A stretch of 64,000 nt of DNA from positions 96,001 through 160,000 of the forward strand of contig JANOQI010000062.1 of assembly GCA_031414775.1 (NCBI GenBank). The letters run 5' to 3'. Source of the DNA: Synechococcales cyanobacterium VAR_4_metabat_354. GTDB taxonomy: Bacteria > Cyanobacteriota > Cyanobacteriia > Cyanobacteriales > Chamaesiphonaceae. The notes under the pieces are model-generated. The model searched no databases. It was not told the origin of the DNA and saw only the letters and a list, made by a program, of their open reading frames with translations. Made by a program: the position numbers and the translations under genes. Positions 10,692 to 21,079 of the stretch are shown here, in pieces. Within the stretch, counting starts at the first letter, position 1. Each line of letters opens with the position of its first letter.

Positions 10692-11825
10692 TTAACCTAC
10701 TGACTCACAAGCTTTCTCAGCCAAATCTATTTCCTGTTGCCGCATCTCCTCGATCGATCTCACAATCACCGCTCGACTATTTTGATCCAGAGCATACTCC
10801 CTGAGCCATTGCTGCGCTGTATTTCCTGTCGTCAAAATCTTCTGCACCGGCGTTAAGAAACACTTAAAGCCCTGCGTCTCAGCAAAATTAGTCACATCAG
10901 TATAAATTTCTTGAATCCAATCACTAGCAGTGATCAGCCGACCATCCTGCCAATGTTGCAGCGTCGCCTCTAGGCTAGATCTGGCAGCGGCATCTTCGTT
11001 AGCATTAGTAATATCTACCAACTCCGCTGGCGTAAACTTACTACTCACTAATGGATCGAGATCCAGATTAGCCATCAACTGCCAAATTCGGGCTTCTAGC
11101 AAAGCCGTGACAGCTAGTAAGGCGATCGGATCGATAATCAAATCACAAACTCTTAGCTCCAGCCGATTGAGTTCGTAAGGACGGCGCTCACCATTGGGGC
11201 GCACCGAAGACCACAAATGCCGCACATTTTGCATGGTGCCGATCTTGAGCTGTTCTTCTGTCCAATCAATAAAATGCTGATGACTAGTGAATAGGGGCAC
11301 CTGGGCGGGCGTTTTGGGAAACATCCCCCAGCGGGTGGAGTGATAAGCGGTGGGCTGGCCATCCAAAAAGGGAGAAGAGGCGCTCAAGGCCAAGTATAGC
11401 GGCGCTTCCACTCGCACCAACCGACAAGCCCGCAGCAATAATTCTGGGTCGGCAATGCCGACATTGATATGCACACTGGCCGTTACTACATTGGTACCGT
11501 AGGTCTGCTCAATAAAAGTATGGTAAGGATGATTGGGATCCGATCGCATGAACTTTTCGCGACCACCTAAAGACAGGGTACTACCAGGAATCAGGGTGTA
11601 GTTACCCAATTGCTGAAGATATGCCCGCAACCGCTGCCGAGGTTTCAGTAAAGCACAAAGCAATTGCTCATAATCGGGCAAAGGATCAGTCACATATTCC
11701 ACATTACGGCTGTCTGGCTCAGTCATATAGCCATCTAAGTCCGCCACAATACGATTGGATAACCCCACCACATCTCCCGCTGGAGTGCCTGTATAAACCT
11801 CAATTTCAAAGCCTTTTAGCAGCAC
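10692..11825 (-). CDS. gshA: Glutamate--cysteine ligase (cyanobacterial type)
   Basis: KGFEIEVYTG, EPDSRNVEY, TASVHINVG, HLWSSVRPNG, NRLELRVCD. Confidence 0.92.
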   Translation of the reverse strand: MLLKGFEIEVYTGTPAGDVVGLSNRIVADLDGYMTEPDSRNVEYVTDPLPDYEQLLCALLKPRQRLRAYLQQLGNYTLIPGSTLSLGGREKFMRSDPNHPYHTFIEQTYGTNVVTASVHINVGIADPELLLRACRLVRVEAPLYLALSASSPFLDGQPTAYHSTRWGMFPKTPAQVPLFTSHQHFIDWTEEQLKIGTMQNVRHLWSSVRPNGERRPYELNRLELRVCDLIIDPIALLAVTALLEARIWQLMANLDLDPLVSSKFTPAELVDITNANEDAAARSSLEATLQHWQDGRLITASDWIQEIYTDVTNFAETQGFKCFLTPVQKILTTGNTAQQWLREYALDQNSRAVIVRSIEEMRQQEIDLAEKACESVG

Positions 11826-11908
11826 GGTACAAATAGGTAAAGGACAACTAGCGTTTAATTATCGCTCTACGATCATAAACGACAATTTAAAGATTGATGG
11901 TGCAGACA

Positions 11909-14110
11909 TTACTCCATTTGTACCAACCGACGCACGTTCAATACGTCATGCATCTGCTTCACCTGACTAATGCAGCGTTCTAACTGCGATTTATCGACCA
12001 CTTCCACACACAGATCTAGCATCACAGGCATCGATCTATTATCGGCAATTACCTTGGCCTGCCTGACATTCACCTTGTTATCGCTTAAGCGTGATAGCAC
12101 ATCTCGGAGAACGCCCACTCGATCGACTACTTCCACCTGGATAGAAACAACATAGCTGCGCGGGGAGCCAACTTGCTTGGCCTTATTCCAACTGATCGGA
12201 ATCACTCGATCACCATCAATACTATCGAGATTCGGGCAACCCTGACGATGTACCGAAATACCGTTTAATCTGGTCACCACCCCAATAATTGGCTCATCTG
12301 GAATCGGATTGCAGCAGCCAGCTAAATGATGCAATAAACCTTCAATTCCCAAAATCGGGAAATCGCCATCTGGAGTAGCTGTGGTAGATTTCTTGGGCAA
12401 TAATAGCTCAGTTACATCCTCATCTACAGTCGTTTTTACCACTTCCCGAATCCGATTCACCACATGGTTAAGCGTGATTTCGCCATAACCCATCCCCGCT
12501 AACAAATCTTCAGCGGTTTGATAATTGCACTTCTGCGCCACTCCCTGAAGCGGCTCAGACTTCAGCAGAGCATCCAAACCACTTTTGCCCAGTTCTTTTT
12601 CCAGCATTTCCCGACCCCGCGCCACATTCTCATCGCGATGGGAGCGTTTATACCACTGGGTAATCCGGTTTTTGGCAGCGGTGGTGGCCACAAAATTCAG
12701 CCAGTCCAAACTAGGGCGACTGCTTTCCTTGGTCATCACTTCTACAATGTCGCCATTCCGCACCAGGCTGGATAAGGGCACCATTCGACCGTTGATTTTG
12801 GCTCCGGCACAGTGGTTGCCCACTTCGGTATGAATCCGGTAGGCAAAATCAACAGTCGTAGCGCCCTGGCGTAACGAAACCACCTCGCCCTTAGGAGTGA
12901 AAACATACACATCATGATCAAGGAGCTGATCGGTCAGATTACCTTTGACGTTTTGCAAGTATTCTTGGGCATCTTTGACATCGTTCTGCCATTCCAACAA
13001 CTGGCGTAGCCAGGTAAACTTTTCATCGGTTTGTTGACCATTGCTAGCTTCTTTGTATTTCCAGTGGGCGGCAATCCCGTATTCGGCCACCCGATGCATT
13101 TCCAGGGTGCGAATTTGGATCTCGACTGGCGAATTAGCAATCCCTAGCACCGTGGTGTGCAGAGACTGATAACAGTTCGGTTTAGGCAAACCAATATAGT
13201 CTTTAAAGCGGCCAGGAATGGGCTTAAAGGCATCGTGAACTTCGGCCAAGGCATGATAGCAATCGGTTTTGCTGTTGACGATAATCCGCACAGCAGTCAG
13301 GTCAAAGATTTCACTAAAATCTTTTTTCTGGCGGCTCATTTTTTGATAAATGCTGTAGAGATGCTTGGGACGACCACTCACTTCAAAAAATTGAATCCCG
13401 GATTCTTGTAGACGGTGGCGGAGTCGTTCGATCGTATTCGCAATATTGTTTTCCCGAACGGTGCGGGTTTCCTTGACAAGATCTTGAATACGGCGATAGT
13501 CTTGGGGTTCGATATATTTGAAGGCTAAATCTTCTAGTTCCCACTTGATCCGGCCTAAGCCTAAACGATTGGCTAAGGGAGCAAAAATATCTCTAGTTTC
13601 TTGGGCAATTAGGCGTTGCTTGTCTTCCGGCATGTGTTCGAGGGTTTGCATATTGTGCAACCGATCGGCCAGTTTCACTACAATCACCCGAATATCTTGA
13701 GCCATAGCCAAAAACATCCGCCGAAAGTTTTCGGCTTGCTGTTCTTTCTTACTAGAGAAGTTAAACTTGGAAAGCTTGGTTACCCCTTCGACTAAATGTC
13801 TAGTTTCAGCACCGAATAATTTTTCAATATCTTCGACAGTAATTTCTTCAACATCTTCTACAATATCGTGCAGAAAGCCCGCTGCAATCATGGCCGGGGC
13901 ACCACCCAGGTTATAGAGAATATCAGCCACAGCGACCGGATGGTTGATATAAGGCTCCCCAGATTTGCGGAACTGACCAACATGATGCTCACGCGCAAAG
14001 GTATAGGCTGCATACATCAACTGCTCTTCTGGAACATCGGAAGTTTTACAGGCAGCTAACCAGCCAGGCAGAGTGGGGGCGGCAGTTTTAACAGATTTAG
14101 AAGAAATCAT
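11909..14110 (-). CDS. rel: Bifunctional (p)ppGpp synthetase/hydrolase (RelA/SpoT homolog)
   Basis: HD motif LHDIVED, KLADRLHNM, GRPKHLYSIY, YQSLHT, TGS domain (VFTPKG) and a C-terminal ACT domain. Confidence 0.95.
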   Translation of the reverse strand: MISSKSVKTAAPTLPGWLAACKTSDVPEEQLMYAAYTFAREHHVGQFRKSGEPYINHPVAVADILYNLGGAPAMIAAGFLHDIVEDVEEITVEDIEKLFGAETRHLVEGVTKLSKFNFSSKKEQQAENFRRMFLAMAQDIRVIVVKLADRLHNMQTLEHMPEDKQRLIAQETRDIFAPLANRLGLGRIKWELEDLAFKYIEPQDYRRIQDLVKETRTVRENNIANTIERLRHRLQESGIQFFEVSGRPKHLYSIYQKMSRQKKDFSEIFDLTAVRIIVNSKTDCYHALAEVHDAFKPIPGRFKDYIGLPKPNCYQSLHTTVLGIANSPVEIQIRTLEMHRVAEYGIAAHWKYKEASNGQQTDEKFTWLRQLLEWQNDVKDAQEYLQNVKGNLTDQLLDHDVYVFTPKGEVVSLRQGATTVDFAYRIHTEVGNHCAGAKINGRMVPLSSLVRNGDIVEVMTKESSRPSLDWLNFVATTAAKNRITQWYKRSHRDENVARGREMLEKELGKSGLDALLKSEPLQGVAQKCNYQTAEDLLAGMGYGEITLNHVVNRIREVVKTTVDEDVTELLLPKKSTTATPDGDFPILGIEGLLHHLAGCCNPIPDEPIIGVVTRLNGISVHRQGCPNLDSIDGDRVIPISWNKAKQVGSPRSYVVSIQVEVVDRVGVLRDVLSRLSDNKVNVRQAKVIADNRSMPVMLDLCVEVVDKSQLERCISQVKQMHDVLNVRRLVQME

Positions 14111-14225
14111 GGTGGCGCAGACAGAATCTAGAGTATATATTCTATCTACTGACTGGAGTTTTGGGGGGGATTTTGGATGACAACGACATCATTCGATATG
14201 TTACCCTGTCTCCCTAGAAATAATC

Positions 14226-14609
14226 ATGGCTGAACTAATGGAAATCACCCTAATCTGGCAGCACTTTCAGGAATTAGTCTTGACCTTGCAGCAACCCTTC
14301 AGTGAGGAATTAGCATTAACGCCGCTGCAAATTACTCAGTTTTATGGTGCGATCGATACTTATTTTCAGCACCAGATCATGGCTGCACCCGAATGTCCAT
14401 TGCCTCCGGCCATTGCTGGAAAAATGCGATCGTACACTACCGAAATTCATCGCCTACTCAAGTTAATCCAGCGCGATTTAATTTTTTGGCAAAGTGCCAG
14501 CCAGCCAGCTACTAAAGCTCAACGTCAAACAGATATCTGGAGCAAACTAAATTTAGTCATGCAGTTTGTTCGATCGATGATTGAGGAATTGAGGAATGCT
14601 AGTAGCTAG
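14226..14609 (+). CDS. patD: PatD-like (heterocyst frequency control) protein
   Basis: RSYTTEIHRLLKLIQRDLIFWQSASQPAT resembles the PatD core; divergent from rel, a context recalled for other cyanobacteria. Confidence 0.6.
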   Translation: MAELMEITLIWQHFQELVLTLQQPFSEELALTPLQITQFYGAIDTYFQHQIMAAPECPLPPAIAGKMRSYTTEIHRLLKLIQRDLIFWQSASQPATKAQRQTDIWSKLNLVMQFVRSMIEELRNASS

Positions 14610-14710
14610 TGAAGTATGCCCACAACCCAATAGAAGAAAACAACATACGGCTAGCTGGCAACGGTGTGGGTTATTGTAGAAATAGCAAAGAAATTAGCTT
14701 CGGGGTAATC

Positions 14711-15955
14711 ATGCAAGTCAGCCTACAATCGCTCCTCAGCGATCCAAACATTGATGCTCAGCAGAATAGTAACCAACGGCAACTTTCTATTTCGATCGCC
14801 GCTGTCACTGAGACCACCAATCAGCGACAGTTGCCCTTAAACCTGTGTTTGGTGATCGATTGCAGTGGCTCCATGAAAGGTGTGCCCTTAGAAACTGTTA
14901 AGCAAGCAGCTCACCAGCTGATTTCTCAACTTAATCCTCACGATCATATTTCCGTAGTGTCTTTCGACCATCAGGCCAAGGTAGTAGTGGCCAATCAATT
15001 GGTAGCTGAAGGTCGGGATGAGATTTTAGCCAAAATTAGTAGCTTGGAAGCCAAAGGTGGCACATCGATCGATGAAGGCATCAAACTCGGTATTAAAGAA
15101 ATGGTGGCCGCTGGTACCGAAGCCATCTCCCAAGCTTTTGTCTTAACTGATGGTGAAAATGAACATGGCGATAACACCCGCTGCATCAAGTTGGCCGAGT
15201 TTGCCACCGAGAGCAAAATCACACTCAATACTCTGGGGTTTGGCGAACACTGGAACCAAAACATCCTGGAAAAAATTGCTGACGTGGGAGCGGGCATCTT
15301 AGCCTACATCGAAAAACCAGAGAAAGCCCTAACCGAGTTTGGCCGCATCTTCAGCCGGATTCAATCGGTGGGCTTAAGCAATGCCTACTTACAAATTGAG
15401 TTGTCGCCAAAGGTGCGCTTAGCTGAATTAAAGCCCATCGCCCAGGTCGCCCCCGAGACAATCGAACTCCCAGTGCAAACCGAAGGAGACAAATACTTAG
15501 TCCGATTGGGGGATTTGATGACCGACACTGCCCGTGTGATTTTGGTGAACACCTACGTTGGTCAACTACCTGTGGGGCAACAGTCGATCGCTAACTTGCG
15601 GGTGGTCTATGATGACCCAGCCACCGGTCACAATAGTATCTGGTCAGATCCGTTGTTAGTGGAAGCAAGTGTAGTCAATAACTGGCAGGCTCAACCTAAT
15701 GCCAACGTTCAGCAAGACACTCTGGCCTTAGCCAAATATCGTCAAACCCAGATGGCCGAGCAAAAGCTCCAGCAAGGCGACAGGTCAGGAGCTGCCACCA
15801 TGTTACAAACAGCCGCCAAGACAGCTCTCCAGATGGGGGATACTGGCGGTGCTACCATCTTACAAACCAGTGCAACTCAGCTGCAAGCCGGTGAAGAGCT
15901 TTCCGAAAGTGACAAAAAGAAAACTCGGATTGTATCCAAAACCATTTTGCAGTAA
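14711..15955 (+). CDS. VWA domain-containing protein
   Basis: MIDAS motif DCSGSM, LTDGENEHG, GGTSIDEG; ATG at 14711 is the likely start. Confidence 0.88.
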   Translation: MQVSLQSLLSDPNIDAQQNSNQRQLSISIAAVTETTNQRQLPLNLCLVIDCSGSMKGVPLETVKQAAHQLISQLNPHDHISVVSFDHQAKVVVANQLVAEGRDEILAKISSLEAKGGTSIDEGIKLGIKEMVAAGTEAISQAFVLTDGENEHGDNTRCIKLAEFATESKITLNTLGFGEHWNQNILEKIADVGAGILAYIEKPEKALTEFGRIFSRIQSVGLSNAYLQIELSPKVRLAELKPIAQVAPETIELPVQTEGDKYLVRLGDLMTDTARVILVNTYVGQLPVGQQSIANLRVVYDDPATGHNSIWSDPLLVEASVVNNWQAQPNANVQQDTLALAKYRQTQMAEQKLQQGDRSGAATMLQTAAKTALQMGDTGGATILQTSATQLQAGEELSESDKKKTRIVSKTILQ

Positions 15956-16062
15956 GCTTTTTGCAGATAATGTCTACGAAAAGGCAAAGTTCCAGAGCTA
16001 AACCTTATATAATTGTAAAGATTATTTGAGCAGCCAAATTTATTAAGGAAAATGTAACCGCT

Positions 16063-17226
16063 ATGGGTCGTCTTGGGGTTTTACTATTAAATTTAGGTGG
16101 GCCAGAGCAGCTCTCTGATGTTCGGCCTTTTCTATTCAACCTCTTTTCCGATCCAGAGATTATCCGGTTGCCGATTCCGGCGCTGCAAAAGCCATTGGCT
16201 TGGCTGATTGCTACGAGTAGATTTAAAAAGTCGCGAGCCAATTACGAGAAAATTGGTGGCGGCTCACCACTGCGCCGGATTACCGAAGAACAGGCCAGAG
16301 CACTTGAAGTACAGCTACAAAGTCGCGGCTCTGATGCCAAAGTGTATATTGGTATGCGTTACTGGAAGCCCTTTACCGAGGAAGCTCTCCAACAGATTAA
16401 GCAAGATGGCATTGAAGAGCTGGTTATTTTGCCGCTCTACCCCCAATTTTCTATTAGTACCAGCGGTTCTAGCTTTCGCTTAATTGATAAGATTTGGCAG
16501 AACCAACCCAGCTTGAAGCCAGCTAAATACACTGTGGTTTCCTCTTGGTTCGATCGACCGGGCTACTTGCGATCGATGGCCGAACTAATTACCAAAGAAA
16601 TAGACAAATGTCCTAATCCCGCAGAGGCTAGAGTATTCTTTAGCGCCCACGGCGTGCCCACTACCTACGTGACTGAAGGCGGCGACCCCTATCAAGCAGA
16701 GATCGAGCAGTGCGCAGCTCTAATTATGCAAACCCTGAACCGTCCTAACGAATACACATTGGCCTACCAGAGCAAAGTAGGACCAGTAGAATGGCTGCAA
16801 CCTTACACAGAAGACGCGATCAAGGATTTAGCTACTCAGGGCATTAAAGACTTGGTGGTAGTGCCTATTAGTTTTGTCTCCGAGCATATTGAAACCTTGG
16901 AAGAAATCGATATTGAGTATCGAGAGTTGGCCGAAGAAGCTGGCATTCATACCTTTAATCGGGTACCTGCCCTAGATACTTATCCTAACTTCATCACTAC
17001 GTTAGTAGACCTCGTGTTGGAAGCTGCCGCAGCACCCAGCTTAGAGCTGTCTCAGGTGCCGCAAATGCTGCGAAATACCAAGATGTATCCCCAAGAAAAA
17101 TGGGAATGGGGTCTCACCACTGCGGCGGAAGTATGGAATGGTCGGATGGCCATGTTGGGATTTTTAGGGCTAATAGCGGAGATTTTAACTGGCCAAGGAC
17201 CACTGCATTTTCTGGGTATTTTGTAG
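16063..17226 (+). CDS. hemH: Ferrochelatase with C-terminal CAB domain
   Basis: [37 protein letters not shown] motif [13 protein letters not shown]. Confidence 0.97.
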   Translation: MGRLGVLLLNLGGPEQLSDVRPFLFNLFSDPEIIRLPIPALQKPLAWLIATSRFKKSRANYEKIGGGSPLRRITEEQARALEVQLQSRGSDAKVYIGMRYWKPFTEEALQQIKQDGIEELVILPLYPQFSISTSGSSFRLIDKIWQNQPSLKPAKYTVVSSWFDRPGYLRSMAELITKEIDKCPNPAEARVFFSAHGVPTTYVTEGGDPYQAEIEQCAALIMQTLNRPNEYTLAYQSKVGPVEWLQPYTEDAIKDLATQGIKDLVVVPISFVSEHIETLEEIDIEYRELAEEAGIHTFNRVPALDTYPNFITTLVDLVLEAAAAPSLELSQVPQMLRNTKMYPQEKWEWGLTTAAEVWNGRMAMLGFLGLIAEILTGQGPLHFLGIL

Positions 17227-17236
17227 TCGTAAAATT

Positions 17237-17265
17237 GCCTGAGAGAGTCAAAATCGCTCTCAGGC
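17237..17265. terminator. Hairpin between convergent hemH and psbY
   Basis: Inverted repeat gcctgagag...ctctcaggc. Confidence 0.6.
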
Positions 17266-17272
17266 GTTACAT

Positions 17273-17395
17273 TTACTTGTCAGCCAATATGCCTTGAATC
17301 TGCTTCATAGCCGCCGGCAGAATAGTAATAACCGCCCAAGTCCCAGCAGCTAATACTGGTGCGACTACTATCAAAATGCGAAAATCGATATCCAT
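17273..17395 (-). CDS. psbY: Photosystem II protein Y (absent from the ORF track, 40 aa)
   Basis: Manual translation MDIDFRILIVVAPVLAAGTWAVITILPAAMKQIQGILADK matches the PsbY D.R...V..P...A..WA pattern. Confidence 0.85.
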   Translation of the reverse strand: MDIDFRILIVVAPVLAAGTWAVITILPAAMKQIQGILADK

Positions 17396-17586
17396 AAAAG
17401 TTTTCCTTTTAAAATAAGTCCATATTAATAAAAAATGTAGCAGATTTTGGAGAGAGAATGTGATGCGGATACTCTATCTATAATTCTAAACTGCACCAAC
17501 AACTTACGCTCCGCCCCCGGTCGATAATCCGAGTCTTAGTGCTGATACAATTTAATTTTGCCCACAAAGATTTAATCTGAACCTTT

Positions 17587-18279
17587 ATGAACGCCATTGA
17601 TGATAAAAGCGTAGTTAAAGAATACTTCAACAACACCGGGTTCGATCGATGGCAGCGGATCTATGGTGATGGTGATGTTAATCGGGTACAGCGCGATATC
17701 CGCACTGGCCATCAAAAAACTGTTGATACCTTGTTGGAATGGTTTAGGGCCGATGCGAACCTGCCAGGATTATCAATTTGCGATGCTGGTTGTGGCGTGG
17801 GTAGCCTTAGCATCCCGATGGCGCAGATGGGAGCGATCGTTAGTGCCAGTGATATTTCGGAGATGATGGTCGGGGAAGCCCAGAAAAAAGCTACTGAGAT
17901 TCTTGGAAATGGTGACAACCCGAAATTTGTCACCCAAGACCTAGAAAGTTTGACTGGCGAATACGACACAGTAGTTTGTTTAGACGTGTTAATTCATTAC
18001 CCCCAAGACAAAATCGCGGGGATGATTGAGCATTTGGTGGCGATGTCACAACGGCGTTTTATCATTAGCTTTGCACCTTTCACCTGCGCTCTGAGCATCA
18101 AGAAAAAAATCGGTGAATTTTTCCCTGGTCCCAGTAAAGCAACTCGCGCCTATCTACATAAAGAAGCAGAAATTGTGAAAATCTTAGAGGCTCAGGGCTT
18201 TATGATCGAACGTACCGCCATGACCAAAACCAATTTTTATTACTCCAGAATGCTGGAAGCCATCAAAAAACCAGCTTAG
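17587..18279 (+). CDS. chlM: Magnesium protoporphyrin IX methyltransferase
   Basis: YFNNTGFDRWQRIYG, DAGCGVGSL, CLDVLIHYP, FPGPSKATRAYLH. Confidence 0.95.
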   Translation: MNAIDDKSVVKEYFNNTGFDRWQRIYGDGDVNRVQRDIRTGHQKTVDTLLEWFRADANLPGLSICDAGCGVGSLSIPMAQMGAIVSASDISEMMVGEAQKKATEILGNGDNPKFVTQDLESLTGEYDTVVCLDVLIHYPQDKIAGMIEHLVAMSQRRFIISFAPFTCALSIKKKIGEFFPGPSKATRAYLHKEAEIVKILEAQGFMIERTAMTKTNFYYSRMLEAIKKPA

Positions 18280-18289
18280 GAGCCATGTT

Positions 18290-18844
18290 ATGCCATCTTT
18301 TTTCTCAATTTGTCGCCGCGTTTTAATTATTGGCCTGTTATCGATCGCCCTGTGCTGGTCAGCGGCAACTCCGGCTCAAGCCGCGATCAATGACGATCGG
18401 TTTGATGGCAATATTTTTGTGTTGTATGCCGGGAATGGATCTTTGGTACCACCGCGTTTTGGTCTAGCTGATTCCCTCAAAACCAAGAAGCCAGCCGTGC
18501 TAGTTTTTTACCTCGATGATAGTAAGGATTGTAAGCAGTTTGCTGGGGTGGTTTCCCAACTCCAGGCTGACTATGGTCGAGCAGCTAGCCTGATTCCAGT
18601 TAGTGTGGATAGTTTAATTGATCAAAAGTATCCTAAAACCGAACCGGGCTATTACTATCGTGGCCAAATCCCGCAAACGGTAGTGCTGGATGAGACGGGA
18701 AAAGTGGTTTTCAATGAGGTTGGCAACACTAGCTTTGACAAAATTGATATTGCTTTACGTCAGGTGTTTAAGCGCCCGGCTCGGACTGGCAATAAGTTAG
18801 AGCAACGGAGCTTTAATGAATTCAATAGCGAAATGTCTAAATAG
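18290..18844 (+). CDS. Thioredoxin-like thylakoid photosystem I accumulation factor
   Basis: Signal peptide; DDRFDGNIFVLYAGNGSLVPP, FYLDDSKDCK, RSFNEFNSE. Confidence 0.75.
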   Translation: MPSFFSICRRVLIIGLLSIALCWSAATPAQAAINDDRFDGNIFVLYAGNGSLVPPRFGLADSLKTKKPAVLVFYLDDSKDCKQFAGVVSQLQADYGRAASLIPVSVDSLIDQKYPKTEPGYYYRGQIPQTVVLDETGKVVFNEVGNTSFDKIDIALRQVFKRPARTGNKLEQRSFNEFNSEMSK

Positions 18845-18857
18845 AGGATCTGCCAGG

Positions 18858-18888
18858 TGAGCGGAACCCAGCAGCTAGGTTCCGCTCA
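18858..18888. terminator. Hairpin between convergent genes
   Basis: 11-bp stem tgagcggaacc / ggttccgctca. Confidence 0.6.
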
Positions 18889-19542
18889 ATCTTGTGCAGA
18901 AGAATTTAAGCCTGTTTGCAATACCGATAAAACTTTCGCCATTTCTCCTGACAGCATTGCTTCCACTGCCAGCCATAATCCAGGGAATACTTGACTCTTA
19001 ATTACCCCATTTTGATCGGATGCCAGTCTTATATACTCGCCATTCTGGAGACTAAACCAATCTAGCTCTCGTTGCAAGGTACGCCATACCAGGTACTCTT
19101 GCACTCCATTGCGGCGATAGGCTTCTTTTTTGTCATGGAGATCGATCGAAACGGTACTGGCCGAAATTTCGACTACCAATTCAGGCGCACCGGCAATGTA
19201 GTCGTCTTCAGTGATAATTGCCCCTCTACCGGGCATAAATAGTACAGCATCAGGTTGAGGCTCATTGTCCATATCCAAGCGTACTGTTGGCTCAATGCCC
19301 ATGGTTACGCCATCTGTGACAAAAGCATAGTTGCCCAGCCAAACAACTAAGCTACCATGAGGTTGAGCGTGAGATTCAAAGCGTAGCGGCGAGGCCATGT
19401 ATACAATTCCTTCGATTAATTCAGCTTTGGGATTCCCTTTGGTTTGAGGCGGCATGGCCGTGTACCGCCGTTCAAATTCATAGCGGGTCAATCGATCGCC
19501 ATTTTCTAGCAGCGGAATAGTTTTTGATGAAGTGGTGGTCAT
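18886..19542 (-). CDS. Uma2 family endonuclease
   Basis: LENGDRLTRYEFERRY, KAELIEGIVYM, EPQPD, PELVVEIS, YRRNGVQEYLVW. Confidence 0.9.
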   Translation of the reverse strand: MTTTSSKTIPLLENGDRLTRYEFERRYTAMPPQTKGNPKAELIEGIVYMASPLRFESHAQPHGSLVVWLGNYAFVTDGVTMGIEPTVRLDMDNEPQPDAVLFMPGRGAIITEDDYIAGAPELVVEISASTVSIDLHDKKEAYRRNGVQEYLVWRTLQRELDWFSLQNGEYIRLASDQNGVIKSQVFPGLWLAVEAMLSGEMAKVLSVLQTGLNSSAQD

Positions 19543-19622
19543 AACTTATTTCTCCACGACTATTTGTAATTTTAAGTCTTTTGCTGAAGATCTGGCTGCC
19601 CGAATGCTTGTTGACTTTTAGA

Positions 19623-20861
19623 TCAAGGATGAGGGCCAACAACCGAGAGATAGTAAGGACTACTGAAATATTGCTGGGCAACTTCCTGAACTTGAGTCGT
19701 TGTCACATCGTCAATAGCAGTCGTAAACTTTCGATCGAACTCCCAGCCCAAGCCCAGAGTTTCATACCAACCGTAAATATAAGCCATTTGACTACTGGTT
19801 TGTTTGGCTAGGGCATATTTACCCAGCAACTTACTTTTGGTGGTGGTTAGTTCTTCATCACTGAGTTGAATGGCACAAAGACGAGCTATTTCACCTTGTA
19901 AACCATCAATAGCCTGCTGTAGATTTTCGGGAGTGGTACCCATATAGACGGCAAAGATCGATCGATCGATCTTCGTTGAAAAGATGCTGGAAACCTCGTA
20001 AGCTAAACCACGTTTTTCGCGCAGTTCTACAAATAACCGACTAGAAAGACCACTACCCAAATAAGTATTCATCAAACGCAACGGCAAGTAATGCGGATCG
20101 CTGACCGCCACAGTCAAATGTCCGAGCATGACGATCGATTGCTGCGTGGGTTTAGTAATAGTTTGTTGCTGGGGATTTAGGGGGATGGCGGGCAGCTCGA
20201 CCAGGGGCAATGGCTCGGCGGGTAATGGCCAATCACCAAAAATTTCCTCAACTAAATCGGCTGCTACTGTTGGGGTAATCCAACCAGCCAGACTAATCAC
20301 TAATCGATCGGGGCGGAAATAAGTCCGATGATATGCCACCAAATCAGCGCGGTTAATCTTTGCTACTGAGGCGGCGGTGCCAAGTTGTGGTTGAGCATAG
20401 GGATGATCTTGGTAAATCGATTCTCGTAGTTGTTGGAAAGCCAGGGTCATCGGATGCTCGGATTGCGAACGGATCGCTTGCAGCGTCAGTTTCCGCTCTA
20501 GTTCCAGCTGTTCTAGCGGAAAGCTAGGATGACGCAGTATCTCACCCGCCAACCGCAAAATATCGGCAAAATCTGAGGTGACAGCCTTTAAACTCAACTC
20601 CACACTATCTTGATTAGCCTCGGCACTTAATCCCGCACCCACTGATTCAACTCTTTCGGCAATTTCTAACGCCGAGTAACTTTTCGTTCCTTTGGTAAGC
20701 AGAGTTGTGACCAAATTGCTCAGACCGGGCAGGGGCTGCCTGTGCTGTCCCAATTTTAAAAAGATGCGGCCAGCCACAATATCGTTGCTGGGATTGGGCG
20801 TAACTAGCAGGGTGGTGCCGTTGGCTAATTGCTGGTAGTGAGGCGGATGGCTAACGGGCAT
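19623..20861 (-). CDS. M16 (pitrilysin-like) peptidase family protein, non-catalytic subunit type
   Basis: LANGTTLLV, LLTKGT, SSRLFVELREKRGLAY; no HxxEH motif. Confidence 0.85.
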   Translation of the reverse strand: MPVSHPPHYQQLANGTTLLVTPNPSNDIVAGRIFLKLGQHRQPLPGLSNLVTTLLTKGTKSYSALEIAERVESVGAGLSAEANQDSVELSLKAVTSDFADILRLAGEILRHPSFPLEQLELERKLTLQAIRSQSEHPMTLAFQQLRESIYQDHPYAQPQLGTAASVAKINRADLVAYHRTYFRPDRLVISLAGWITPTVAADLVEEIFGDWPLPAEPLPLVELPAIPLNPQQQTITKPTQQSIVMLGHLTVAVSDPHYLPLRLMNTYLGSGLSSRLFVELREKRGLAYEVSSIFSTKIDRSIFAVYMGTTPENLQQAIDGLQGEIARLCAIQLSDEELTTTKSKLLGKYALAKQTSSQMAYIYGWYETLGLGWEFDRKFTTAIDDVTTTQVQEVAQQYFSSPYYLSVVGPHP

Positions 20862-21079
20862 GTTCAGGAGCAGTGCAGTGAATTCTCCCAATTATAGATT
20901 CTTCTGACTAGTAAATAGGTAATAGCAAGCATTTCAAGCAATTACTGTGAATTTTTCCAAAATTTTGGATACACCTCTTGCTAATTTTTTTGTACTATAG
21001 TACACTTCAACCATCGATAAAAATAGAGCATTTGCACTACCCTCAATACTTTCAATTCATTGTTACTCCAGGAACAACC

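Noticed and set aside
18886..19542. Uma2 genes (also 48625-49173) as defence systems
   Set aside because: Uma2 paralogs are abundant and scattered in cyanobacterial genomes, so they are not informative alone
19623..20861. M16 peptidase lacking HxxEH as a pseudogene
   Set aside because: Non-catalytic M16B subunits normally lack this motif, and the ORF is intact
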